The notes under the pieces: generated by a model
Databases searched by the model: none
What the model was told of the DNA's origin: nothing
The model's input: only the letters and a program-made list of their open reading frames with translations
Source: Marsupella aquatica
Lineage: Eukaryota; Plantae; Marchantiophyta
Length of the DNA stretch: 64,000 bases
NCBI GenBank assembly: GCA_973895155.1
Contig: OZ316894.1
Span: 22,601,867 to 22,665,866, forward strand
Reading direction: 5' to 3'
Part shown: in pieces, positions 22,321-33,854 of the stretch
Position numbering within the stretch: the stretch's first letter is position 1
Layout of the letters: the number at the start of each line of letters is the position of its first letter
Made by a program: the position numbers and the translations under genes

Positions 22321-23856
22321 CTAAATTGCCCCTTCTTCTTCGAGCTCCAACCCAACGAGAAGGCCTGTGAGCTCTTCTTTCTGAATCTTTCCATCGTCAA
22401 ATGAGATAAAGAGTTCCCTCAAAAGTTCCTGTGATGGACCAAACTTGTTCTCCTGCAGAAGTTTGGGGCTCCAGCCGACACGCTTCCCGGAGAAGGCTGT
22501 GACACGCTGAAGAGAACGAGACCTCATAAACTGCAATCATGCCTCTTCAACACGCTTCTGTTGGAGCCATGGAAATGATACCTGGTAAAAACTGTACGCC
22601 AGAATTCCAATCAAACAGGCAATGGATCCTACAAGGGCAGCTTCAGGGCCCTCAGTGGGGCGCCCATCAAGGAGTGGTATTTGCACAGCTACAAACGGAA
22701 GTGCTGACAAAACCATGATCCAGGCTCCCACCCTCGTCTGCTCATCTGTTGTGACACCTGTTCTACTCCAGTCAAGAGGTCGAGTGAGTGTGCGATCCTC
22801 AGCTGTGCCTCCTGGTCCTGACAGGTCGCATCGCCCGGCATACAGTGAGCCAGCCCAGCCAATAGTGAGCAGCATTACAATTGATCCTGCAAGTACGCCG
22901 ATCCCCACCATCACCTGCTCTTGAGCCTCTTCAGCTGTGCCTCCTACTCCCGATACAAGTACCAGCAGTGCATCAGGCAGGGCACCCAGGATTGGAAGAA
23001 GTAGTCCACCCAGTAATCCTGCGTTCATAACCTCTAGAAGCAGTTCACTTCCTTTTGAGATCAGTTGGGCAGCGAGGAGCAAGAAGTAGCCATAACCGAC
23101 GATGAGAGTCAAGTTCCCTCCGAGACTGTCCGAGCATGGTAGGAACCCATAACTTTCCTCGCACGCTTTGCTCAATTCAGCGACAGAGTTCCTCAATTGA
23201 CGATCTACTTGTGGGGCAGAAGTTAATGATATTTCATAGCTCGGCTGCACCACCTCCTCTTCTCTAAAACCCTTTGATTCCAAGGCGTTTGAAAAGTTCT
23301 GTTGCGAAACCAGTGCTTGTCGACTTGAATCGAAAGGTTCAGCAATTGCCAGCGCAGAAACCGGGGCAGACCAAGTAATCCCGAGACATAGTGAGCACAT
23401 GAGGGAAAGCTTGAAACACTTAGTAGAAAGAAGGTTGACTCCGGGAAGTCTCTCCTCTCCTCCAATTCGACACTCATCGCCATGTCCAGTAACGATGTCT
23501 TTACCAAAGGATTCCCACCACATTCCCTTCTTGGAGTCGAGATTTTTGACGCGCTGAAGTTCACCTTCGGCCAGCTCATTCTTCCTTCTGAATACCGAAC
23601 GAATGCTTCCGAATTGAAGACAGTGAACCCGTTTCTGGAATGCACGATGACAGACTCCCCCGTCTACTTCGGAGCTTCTGCATCTCGCACATTCCACGCC
23701 CTTCCGTCCTGCAGCAGCTGCTTTGTCTGTTAGGGAAGGGGACCAGCTTCCTTCCCCTCCAACACGCCTCCTTCCGATCACTCCCCGCCTCCGCAACAAT
23801 GGGACTTCTGCAAGTCGTGGAGAGCACAACAGAGCCACACCACCAGACAATGCCAT
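22321..23856 (-). pseudogene. NCL: Sodium/calcium exchanger-like (NCL/EF-CAX) pseudogene, intronless and 3'-truncated
   Basis: CEESYGFLPC...GSELLLEV..GLLGGLLLPILGALPDA...GIGVLAGS is diagnostic of plant NCL. In-frame TGA at 22537-22539. Shortened EF-hand loop (FD-DGKI). Similarity ends after the first EF hand, with no splice donor or C-terminal half found. Confidence 0.85.
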
Positions 23857-24221
23857 GGTCGTCTAATTACTAGTGGTGTTGCTACTGCTCGCTGACGAGG
23901 AATATCCAACGCCACCAAGGTTCCATCAGCCGTGCCTAGCTTACCAAATTTCTCGTCTACTCTCGCCGAGACGGAATTCTAACTAGTACATAGGCTACCG
24001 AAAGACAGAGCCTGATTCCCTTCAGCCATTCCTCCAACTATCCACCTATCCTCAACACGCACCGACCATCTCGAGTCCGGATAATAAATCCATCACCCGC
24101 CTTTCAATCGCGAAATCCCTCCGCCAGAGCCTGTCCTTAACGACAGGCCGTCACATAAAACGACCTCCCCGCTCCCTCAGCTACTGCCCTGTTCTGCTGT
24201 CTCCTTCCACCACCGCGCACG

Positions 24222-24431
24222 AAAAGATCAGCACCGGCAACGATTCGGGGCTCCACGGAAGTCTAAGGTGGTTCCCTCAGTAATCATCGTCACCGGCCTC
24301 CGAAAATTCCTGAGAAAGCTCTGTTGTGCTTTCTACTTCCACCACCGAGCATAAAAAGATCAGCACCAGCAACGATTCGGGGCTCCACGGAATTGAAGGT
24401 GGTTCCCTCAGTTATCATCATCACCGGCCTC
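24222..24431 (+). repeat. Two direct copies of an approximately 80-bp unit (period about 132)
   Basis: AAAAGATCAGCACC.GCAACGATTCGGGGCTCCACGGAA...CACCGGCCTCC at 24222 and 24354. Confidence 0.85.
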
Positions 24432-24546
24432 CCAAAATCCCTGACGAGCGATATTGCCCCAACCACAACCATCACCCAGATCGCCCAACGATATGATGGG
24501 CATACTCTCTTACTCTCATTCCTTCAAGACCTCAACCGCACTGAAT

Positions 24547-24550
<4 letters not shown>

Positions 24551-24578
<28 letters not shown>
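24551..24578 (+). repeat. (GA)14 microsatellite
   Basis: Read directly from the sequence. Confidence 0.95.
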
Positions 24579-24581
<3 letters not shown>

Positions 24582-25156
24582 GACCTCAACCGCACGGAGA
24601 AATGCAGAGAGAGATAAGTTTGTTGCCAAACACCCAGAAATGGCGATGTGAGGACTAGTCAATGTAAAGGTGCAAACGAGTCAGGTGTTCATCACAGTAG
24701 ACCACGGAACATCTTTATTAAGAGAGAGGCCATATCCATCACCACATGCTAGCAGGGCACAGCAAACAGTAGGAGCGATCTTCAGACAAGTGGAATAGGA
24801 AATGTATGCACAGCTTATCATACACGTAAGAGCTTTATGAACAGTGGATCAGTTGGAGTGTAGCAGATAAGACGACTTAACCCACCACTACAGTAGCCAT
24901 GGCAAGACCTGTATACACCAGGTTCAGTGTTTTTTTTTAGTGGCGCAAATTCGCTAGATTCCACTCCCCAAAAATCCTTGGCCACTTTTGGCGAAAATTC
25001 GCAACTATTCTGCTGGCTCATTAGCCAGTGTTTCACCTAATCCCAGGCCCCGTTAGCCAGAATCTAATGGTCACCCTTAAATCTAGGGAGATCTGATGGT
25101 CAGGAAAATGATTGAATAGGGAATCTTTGGAGCATCTTCTCCCTCACACACTTTAA

Positions 25157-25333
25157 ATTGGTCACTCTGGCTAAAAAGTGAAATCCTTAAAAAATAGGCT
25201 GACCAGGTTCATCATAAATAGGATACTTTTCCTGAAATTGTAGACCACTATGGCAGATAGAGGAGAAGAATGAATGGAATCCCAAGAAGGGAGAAGTCTT
25301 TGACACTTCGTCCTTCTATATGGCTATGGCGGT
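25157..25333. mobile_element. TTAA-flanked MITE family copy (diverged)
   Basis: Internal similarity to 32734-32897 (TTTTCCTGAAATTGT...AATGAATG...GTCTT.GACACTTC). TTAA on both sides. Confidence 0.55.
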
Positions 25334-25391
25334 TTAAGCAAGTGGTCCAGCAACATAGTAGTGGTTAGTGACAAAATATTCTAGTGCTCAC

Positions 25392-25592
25392 GATGAGGTA
25401 ATCAAAACCCAGCATAGTAAGCAGTAACAGAAAAAGTAAATAGTATGTAAAGTATATTCTTCGAAGTATGTAAATAATCACCATTCAGAAAAGATGAGGT
25501 AATCAGAACCCAGCATTGTAAGCAGTTACAGCAAAAGTAAATAGTATGTAAAGTATGCGGTTCGAAGTATGTAAATAATCACCATTCAGAAA
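25392..25592 (+). repeat. Tandem duplication, 101-bp unit x2
   Basis: GATGAGGTAATCA.AACCCAGCAT... at 25392 and 25493. Confidence 0.9.
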
Positions 25593-26507
25593 AAATGCTA
25601 GCAACAGCGTTTGTATTAAAAGGGGGCGAACAGTCAATGTCAGTATCCAGTTCGTGTCTGAACATGAAGATTCTAAGGGGTGCTGCCTTTCTGTTAGTGA
25701 AACAGTATGACCGTCATTTAGTGTTAAAATACAGATGACACATTCAGTATTTTGTCTTAGGGTCGTCTTTCAGCCCCGTCCATGGGGTGAATCGGTAACT
25801 ATAAAAAGTACATTCAAGTTACACGTTTTTGCTACCTTACCACAATAAACCAGATTGTTGTGCTATATCACTAAGTGTAGTTCCTTCTCTGTATCTGGCT
25901 GCTTTTTTTCCTTCTCCGTATAGGGCTGCTGGTTTGTTGATATATCAGTAAGTGTTGTTTCTTCTCTGTATCTGGCTACCGGTTTTTTCTGTGTACCTGG
26001 CCGCCGTTTTTTAATGTATTTAAGTGTTGTTCCTATTCCGTAGAGGGCTGCTGTTTTGTTGATGTGCAATTACCAGGACACCAACTGAATACTCTCAAAT
26101 GACCGAAAGGTGGGTGGGTTCAGTCCAAGGTCGACTTGTATTGGCTCTTGAAAGTCTACTACTATGAGTCCTTTGTTGCGGTGCGTGCAGGTGGTGGTGC
26201 TTTGGAGATCCAGCTAAAACCAGATCCGAGAGTTCTATCCAGAAACAAATCCGCTCGTAGACGATGTTAAGCAAGTGCTGCAGTCATCCTGGCCAGATTC
26301 GACTGAGACTCATCAGTGCGCCAGGCAAGGCTGAGACCGAAAGGCCATGCCAGCATAGTTATTTGCACATTGTACACCCAAAGCATTGCAAACAGATCTT
26401 AAGCATGCATGGACGACTGGAAACTCGAGCGTCGGATGGAAATGCTCAATATCTGAACATTCAAATCATAATTCTGTACACGGAACAGTGTCCTGACAGA
26501 GACAATG

Positions 26508-28043
26508 CTACGCAGGTAACAGGGCAATATTTTCATCAACTGTCAATATGCAAGTCAATTCCGATATTGGGCTTATAAGCATCGAGATAAAGCTACTGAC
26601 CGCAAAGCAAGCTTTTGCTCCCTCAGCGAGGAATTGGATCCTTAAATCTTTTTGGATCCCCATGTCTACATTGGCTCTCTCCCTCTCGTTTCGAACATGC
26701 ATCTTTGAGCTTTTCCCGTATGAACAATGCCTATCAACTCGACTAAGTCTGGCCAGTCTTTCTTCTAGCTTCCGAAGGGAATCCTTGCGGATATCTTGGA
26801 ATTCTACCTCCACCTCCTCGTCTTTTTCGATGGGAGGGAAATCCGCACTTAAAAAGCTCTCACATCCAGTGAAACACCCCCTCAACGAACTAAGGTTATC
26901 CCGGACCCACTCCTCATCAGCACCGGAAACCACAACACTGAAGTGTACTTTAATTTCCTCTCCAAACAGGCGTACAAAGAATTTCCATAGTCTCTCCTCT
27001 AACTGATCCAATCTTTCTTTCTTCATTACGTAAACATAGTGCGAGAATGTACCTTCCAGGAGCTTCACATACTTTTTGATCTTTTCCGCTGCTTCTGGAG
27101 TCGATATGGTGCTGTCTGGACCTTTCGGCTCTCCAAAGCCAGGGGTATCGAGAACATACCACCCTCTGCCCTCACCGTGTTCTATTGTGTTCGTTCCACC
27201 CCTGACTCCTGAGCTGGACGTAAACGTTTTGTTATGCGGATCAAGTGCTCCCCTTGTAAGCATTTGTGCTAGAGTAGACTTTCCACTCCCTGTTCTCCCA
27301 AGCAAGATCACCCTCTCTGGGCCCCAAGGTCCAAACATTTCCTTATCTGATGAGACATCCACTACAAACGGCGTAACGGGAACTCCCCCAGTATTTTTGT
27401 TCTGCGTATCCTCCGTGTGCCGTCTTGAAGAATGAGACAGCAATGTCTGTAACCTCGATAGCTTCCCATCACGAGGGATCTTGCTTAGTCGACTACTTTC
27501 ATCAATCACCCTTCTCACGGAATCATCCCCTTCCATCAAACTTGAGTAGATGATGCTCCTTGTTGAAAATTCGTGCTCCACCACAAAATGTTCGAGCTCT
27601 GTCTTTGTGACTTCAGGCACTTCTCCGATCTCTTTCGTGTTCACAAGCATCATTATTCCTCCTTTGTGATCTTTGAAGATGAGACCAAATACGTCCACCC
27701 AACAATGGTTGTAAGAGAACATTTCCCATTTACATGTGTCCCTAATTGCACATGTAATTACGCAAACCACGACTACAAGCTTGTCCAATAGAATCCGTCG
27801 AAGAGCATTTCGGGAAATCCATCGTCTTGCAATCGCGGTGGCGCTCCTCCCATTGACATTTTCCAATGGTGTGGTATCAACCAAAATTCTACCTGTGGAT
27901 TTACAAGTAAAAATCCGAACATCATCGGTCGTACGATCTTCCCACGCTCCATCTCTCATTATCGACTCCGCAACACCACTTTTGTGTTCAGGTTTATTCC
28001 CCACAACCAGGATGACAACTTCTCTGTGATCAACATCATCCAT
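26508..28043 (-). CDS. Intronless AIG1/GIMAP-like (TRAFAC) GTPase with an N-terminal degenerate G-domain copy
   Basis: G1 ILLGRTGSGKST, G2 Thr, G3 VLDTPGF. The N-terminal half has ILVVGNKPEHKS and ILVDTTPL in equivalent positions. Likely start is the ATG at 28043 (MDDVD); the ORF-track start at 28109 is GTG. Confidence 0.8.
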   Translation of the reverse strand: MDDVDHREVVILVVGNKPEHKSGVAESIMRDGAWEDRTTDDVRIFTCKSTGRILVDTTPLENVNGRSATAIARRWISRNALRRILLDKLVVVVCVITCAIRDTCKWEMFSYNHCWVDVFGLIFKDHKGGIMMLVNTKEIGEVPEVTKTELEHFVVEHEFSTRSIIYSSLMEGDDSVRRVIDESSRLSKIPRDGKLSRLQTLLSHSSRRHTEDTQNKNTGGVPVTPFVVDVSSDKEMFGPWGPERVILLGRTGSGKSTLAQMLTRGALDPHNKTFTSSSGVRGGTNTIEHGEGRGWYVLDTPGFGEPKGPDSTISTPEAAEKIKKYVKLLEGTFSHYVYVMKKERLDQLEERLWKFFVRLFGEEIKVHFSVVVSGADEEWVRDNLSSLRGCFTGCESFLSADFPPIEKDEEVEVEFQDIRKDSLRKLEERLARLSRVDRHCSYGKSSKMHVRNERERANVDMGIQKDLRIQFLAEGAKACFAVSSFISMLISPISELTCILTVDENIALLPA

Positions 28044-31000
28044 AGTTGCCAGTAGCAGTCCTGCAAGCTTACCAAGGCAGAGGAACAGAAGCATTAGCGG
28101 TGCACACACTGAGAATACCCTCCATTACTGCCAGTGCATACGTCGTTACTTCAAGAAGATGAACTCGGAACCGAACAGGAAATCAACCTATACATCTTTT
28201 TGACCCAACCCTGGCTTTGGACTACCACAGGCGTCCACAGAGAACTATTGTCAAAACCATGTATAGTATCCTCTCACCATTGCTCCTTCGAACAAGTTCA
28301 TATTCTTTGTGGGTAAGTTTCCGTAGACTCCAAATAATGTCACAAAAGGTTCCAACCTCCTCGAAGAAAAAAGGTCGTTGTCAAGAATTTTTAAACTTAG
28401 AAAACACTCTCGATTAAACGTAATATTCAGAAGACTCGATGATCATTTTGATTGACCACCGTTGGCTAGTCACTGCTTCGGTGGGAGTAGCGTAGATAAG
28501 TTGTCAACTAGTACTCCCAACTTTAAACTTATCCAACGCATCACTTTGATTAGAAGGTTTTCTGTAAAATAGGAGTACTTGTGCGATGGCCTTTATCATA
28601 ACTGCTAGAACGAGCGACTGCTCTACTCTTGAAGTTTTAAAGATGAGCTATAAGCAAAGGGGCTCAACCTGGATTACACTCTGCAACAATTCAGAGAATC
28701 GCAGTCTTGCTATGACCGTCATCGAGACATCAAGATTTCCAACATCATGTGAGCAGAAATTTCTGTCACTAAGGCAATGAAAATGATCCTTTCCAGATGT
28801 ACAACAACAAAACCTGAGAATGAGACCTTTAACACTACATCACTTTCCATTTTCGGAAGCAATGACACATACAGCATGAGGCATATTTTGTGAAACCCTC
28901 GGACCGTAAAGGGGTCGTTATTCTTGAGCTCATATAACTCTCTGCTGTAAGATGATTGTGTAGATCATACCTGTCATGAACTAGCGCATATGATGCTTGT
29001 ATCGACTGCTATGTACGTCGCGGGATCTTCGTCTCCTCGACCTCGGTTATCAAAGATGGGGTCTCCGACCGAAATATGTAGCGTGCAACCTCAAACCCTT
29101 CGTGCTTTAACGAACGAGGCATCTACCTTGAATTGGTAGTGGCGGACCAGACCGAGCCTGTTTCTTCTTCAATGAATACAATGCCCTCCTTTGGCGATCA
29201 AGTGGTGTATCCATGTAGCTATTCTGCTCGGCCGATTTCGAAGCTGTTTCCTTGGGTCTTCGTTTAATCTGCCGGGAAACTTCACAAACGAGGTGAATGA
29301 GGGTAACAAGGCCAGACCCAATCTCGAAAAGTAATTAGCACGCCATAGCGAATTGACCAAAATGGTTCAATCTGGTTCAAAGACCTCTCAAAATTCCGAG
29401 CGGTAGCCCGTTGCTGTGATTCCCGTCAAACAAAACGTACTTGAAAATGAGAAGTAAAAAGCACAGACCATCTGTCTAGCAGCGAACCTGACATCCAGTG
29501 CATCAAGTGCGGCAACCAATTGAGTAAGAAGAAAGTACAGTAATTAGCACGCTATAGCAATACCCCGATGCCGCGCGCAGTAGTCGTAAATATCTTAGCG
29601 TAGCCATAGGACGTACCTGCCAAATAGAAGACACGGTGGATCTACACAGCACGTCACACAGTCTTTCCAAACCACCGCGGTAAATTGGACAGGAAGCTCA
29701 AGATGGAGGGTCTACGTCATTCAGCCATGATCACGAGCAAGAATTAGAAAGCCAAACTCGATCAGAAAGAGATCGAAAGGGCATCGGCAAACAGCGATTA
29801 TCAGTCACAAAATTATGAAGCGTGATCCCGTAACTGGAAAAACTACAGGTGCCAAGGTTGAGGTATAGAGTTGTGAATAAGCTTCAAACCTTAAATCCGA
29901 GCGAGCGAGCGAGCTAGCTAGCCTAATGGTAGAGATCTTCGGTTGACCACAAGCGACCTAAGGAGAATCATTAGACCATGCGGGTGGTCTCCGTCGGAGT
30001 TCAAGAGTCCTACCTCAGAATAAGAAAAATGCCGTGACCAACGTGCTCCATCGAGTCCACTTTCCCCATCCCACTAGCTGTCAAAGTAACCTTTGGGTAC
30101 CAAGTTTCTCCGTCGCTTCTGAAAAGTACACACGGGCATTCTCCTTTGACTCATTCTCTCGTATAATTATATATAAAATAATCTTAGGCACCTTCTCCGT
30201 CACTTCTCTTGGTCGCAGAAGTCCAGCACCTACTCCAGAGAGCCATAGGGCTCGCCAGAGCTCATAGAAGCTGTTATCAAACGAACTGAAGTGAACCCTG
30301 TGCACCGTCGATACGTGCAGTCCGTGTTTAAGTTCAAGGCGAATATTTATTCTCGAAGAAATCTGCATTTTTTTTCAAATAAAACTCATTCAGCTCCGCA
30401 TCGGCCCACCCAAAGCCATCCTCACGCCATCCTCACGAATCGAATCGACTCCTTCCTCAACGAGTGTTGAATCGGCCTGAAAGCAGGGACAATCCAACTT
30501 CACCCGCCAGGCCTCCAATTCCCAGCCCACAGCCCACTTTCCACCAACAGTAACCATTCGAGCTACACCATCCCAGAACAACTTAGAGCAGCCCCATTGT
30601 TATACACCCCCGAGAGCACTTGAACCACTCGCAGCCTCGGAAGCATAACAAAAATTTCACTACTACTACTTACGATGTTCTAGAAATCTCCTCAATGCAG
30701 CTATCATCCACACAGAAGTCTTCAGAGATTGAGCCGAATTATTGCAAGAAAGAGCCAAATGGTTGTAGCGAGAGCCATCCTAGCTAGCACCGCCAGTGAC
30801 ACTCCAGCCCTTCAATTTTTAAACTGGCATTCCACTCTCGATTCCACTTCTGTCTCTCAGCAATCATGAATGAACAAGCATGAAGTAATGATGAGAAATT
30901 CACCGAAAACTGGAGCTTCTAACAAGGCAGACACAGCACCCCAGCCTCAGCCTCCCTGGTCCAAAGGCGTGCCACTGAAACACTCTCCATGCTCATAGCA

Positions 31001-32356
31001 ACTTGCTAGCATGTCACAGTCACTCCCAATTCATCACCAGCTCCAATTGACTATCAACGGAAGGCACATTGAGAGACCAATTGACATCCAAAGCAGAAAA
31101 GTGCCGAGCACCGAGAACTCCAAACTACCATTGTTTCTTCCTTCTAGCACCAAAATCCTCCCCGAAGAGCTCAATCGAAAGAGCTACTCTGAATGTGTCG
31201 TAGACCGATTTGAAATGAAATTCATGAAATGCCCAGCAGAAAGTAAAAACGAAATTGGCATTTCTTACGAATGTCTGCAATTGAATACGAAGATTTCTAA
31301 GTGCATGTCGACCATCACTACCCGACAAATTATTATTTCAAACTGTATGTAGGTATATTTATGAAGTTAAACACAATTGCAAAGTGTATACTGAAAACCT
31401 TCATTAATTTCCTCAACACACTGGCTCCGAGGAAATCCATGTCCCACCTGATTTAGTTACCACATTACACATGTAATTATGTTTTTATCTCTTAGTGTAG
31501 TCTCTTAGTTTTCTCCCTTTTTAGGATTTTGGAGTTTTCTTTTGCCCTCTTCTTTTGAGTTTGTCTCCTCTCCAAACCTCTTTTTGCTTTTACTCCATGG
31601 TACTTTGTTTTGGCCCGTTTTGGTAAATAGCTCCTAAGTACAAGCCACTAAATATGTGCCTAGTTAGAACCCTACCACCATTTTTATTGTGTTTGTTATT
31701 GTGTAACAGCTTTGAATTAGGGATCACCAAAGACACACAAAGGTAATCCATCGGTTGGACTCTGTCCTGTATGAGACATGTGTCAACATGTGGTCCCTTC
31801 GATCTGCACTGTGCGCAACAAGGCTGTCTAGGAAATTCCAACAACTGAAATGGGAAACTGTTAGGACAAAATTTGATGCCATCAACATGTGCAAGTCAAG
31901 TTAGCTCAAGTATCCATAGAGGAAAACCATGGCAGTACAGCAAACTACAATCAAAATAGTGGCAATATTGTAATTATATACATCTTAGTGGCATTGGTGT
32001 TAAAAGGTATTTTGGTAGCTTGGTCCTTTAGCACTCTTTATTGGGTCACGGTAAGTGCACATCACAATATGACATATAGTGCAATTGGGTCCCAGTAAGT
32101 GCATGTCACAATATGACATATACCACTTATGACATCCCTCCATACCATTATGAACTTTGTTATTTTCTTTAAATCAATGATTGCACACAATATATTATCA
32201 TGTGTGATTAATGGCAGGACCCTTTATTGACAAGAGTAAAACATGTACTTCACTACAAGCAGGAGTACGACGCATTTGAGGCTGTGTCCATGGCGAGCTG
32301 GCAGAATGTTGCACTTCTCTCTGTAAATGCATAAAGAGAAAATTACAATAATCAAG

Positions 32357-33456
32357 AAGTGCAAAACATACTTTGATTGTGCTATGCATACCACTTGTAT
32401 AAGTGCAGGATCAGGCCTTTTTCCGAGAATGCACTTAGAAATGGTACATTAATTAGATATTGTACTAAGTGTTGTTTACCAAACTGAAGCTCCCATGGAC
32501 TACCATGCTTGACAAGATGCTCCAATGGACCATAGCAACTCGCATGGACCACTCTGAAGCTTTACCTCATATTTGGGTAGCACCTATCCTTTGCTAATGC
32601 TGTCTGTGATTGGTACATCCAAGTCCATCAACTTGAGCTAAAATGTAACTGCAAAACTTTTGGTCATGAGAAACTACATGAGCCAGGTAACACTGGCCCC
32701 AGCCACCAAACAAAGTAAGACTCTTCAAGTTAAAGCACAACTGCCCTTCAAAAGCTACAGGTTACCCGTAGTTACCATTAAAATGAGATTTTTCCTGAAA
32801 TTGTGGAGCAAACTGGCATGCTAGGAGAACAATGAATGAAATGTGGAAAAAAGGGGGAGGTCTTAGTCACTTCCCCTTATATAGGGGAAGTTGTGGTTTA
32901 ATAGCAATCCGAGTCTTGGAGTACTCCATAAAATATTTTGGGCAGAGCACTATCTCAATGTACAACTACAAGTGAAATAAGGTTCACCACACATTGAACC
33001 AGATATGTCCCATTAGAGGATATCCATGTCCCACTTGCACACATAGTTAGTAATCAATATATAAATGCTTATCTTTGTGTTGTTTTTTCTCTTCCTGGGT
33101 TTTTGGGGTTTGCATATGCCCTCTTCTTTTGAGGTCAGTGTTTGTTCTCTAGACCTCCATTTCCTTTTACTCAAGATCATTCTCCTGGACTCATTCTCTC
33201 ATATTCATCTGTCTAATCGAAACACTATTGTATCCAGTGAGATCTTCTCGTTCTTTCTGACAATCTTTTGAGTAAATGTCTCCCTGGCCTTCAATATCCC
33301 CTCCTGGTAGGCCACAATGTTTGAGAACACCGCTGCCATGGCATGCAACATTGCATCCTGTCGGGCTCTCCTTATTATCAAACCACATCTCCCCCTGAAA
33401 GTAGAAAAAATCTGTCCTTCACAAAGTCCAGGGGACCAGAGGAAATTGGTCATTTT
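32357..33456 (+). repeat. Copy B of the duplicated block, carrying a MITE insertion
   Basis: Collinear with 17912-18861 apart from the insertion at 32734-32897 and an approximately 40-bp indel. Confidence 0.9.
32734..32897. mobile_element. MITE with TTAA target-site duplication
   Basis: TTAA at 32730-32733 and 32898-32901. Imperfect TIR AGCACAACTGCCC / GGGAAGTTGTGGT. The paralogous site at 18319-18322 has a single TTAA and no insert. Confidence 0.8.
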
Positions 33457-33618
33457 TGACCAAGGAATTGGTCATTTTGGTTGATAGGTCGAAATAAATT
33501 AAGTGAGGATCCTGGGAAAGAATCTCACTCTATTTCTTTTTTTCCCCTCATAGTTTCCAAGAAGATATCCCTAAACAATACAATAGGTTTCAGTTTTGAA
33601 GTCAAAGGCTTTTATCAG

Positions 33619-33854
33619 CTACAAGCCCTATGCCAGTGCTTTGCACTCTGCAAGGAGGGCAGGTCCATAGGGATTGGCGGGGGCATTACAGGGCAGCGGG
33701 AAGCAAATACGTGATAGGGGTGTATATTTCTCTCATCAATGGTGAGCAAAAATAGCTAATCAAATCCAACGGCTCTGGATCTTTCCCGCCCAGAAACTTT
33801 TTTGTATGGTGACGAAGGACGAAAAAAGGCGGGATCCCTTATTATAGTTATAGA
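33619..33854 (-). mobile_element. Short non-autonomous Helitron-like element
   Basis: Second copy at 41492-41731. Minus-strand start a|TCTATAACTATAATAAGGG. Subterminal hairpin AGTGC-TTT-GCACT. The CTRR end is degenerate. Confidence 0.45.

Noticed and set aside
28044-28109. Signal-peptide-like extension on the GTPase
   Set aside because: It depends on a GTG start. The ATG at 28043 has good context and splice-like signals lie just upstream.
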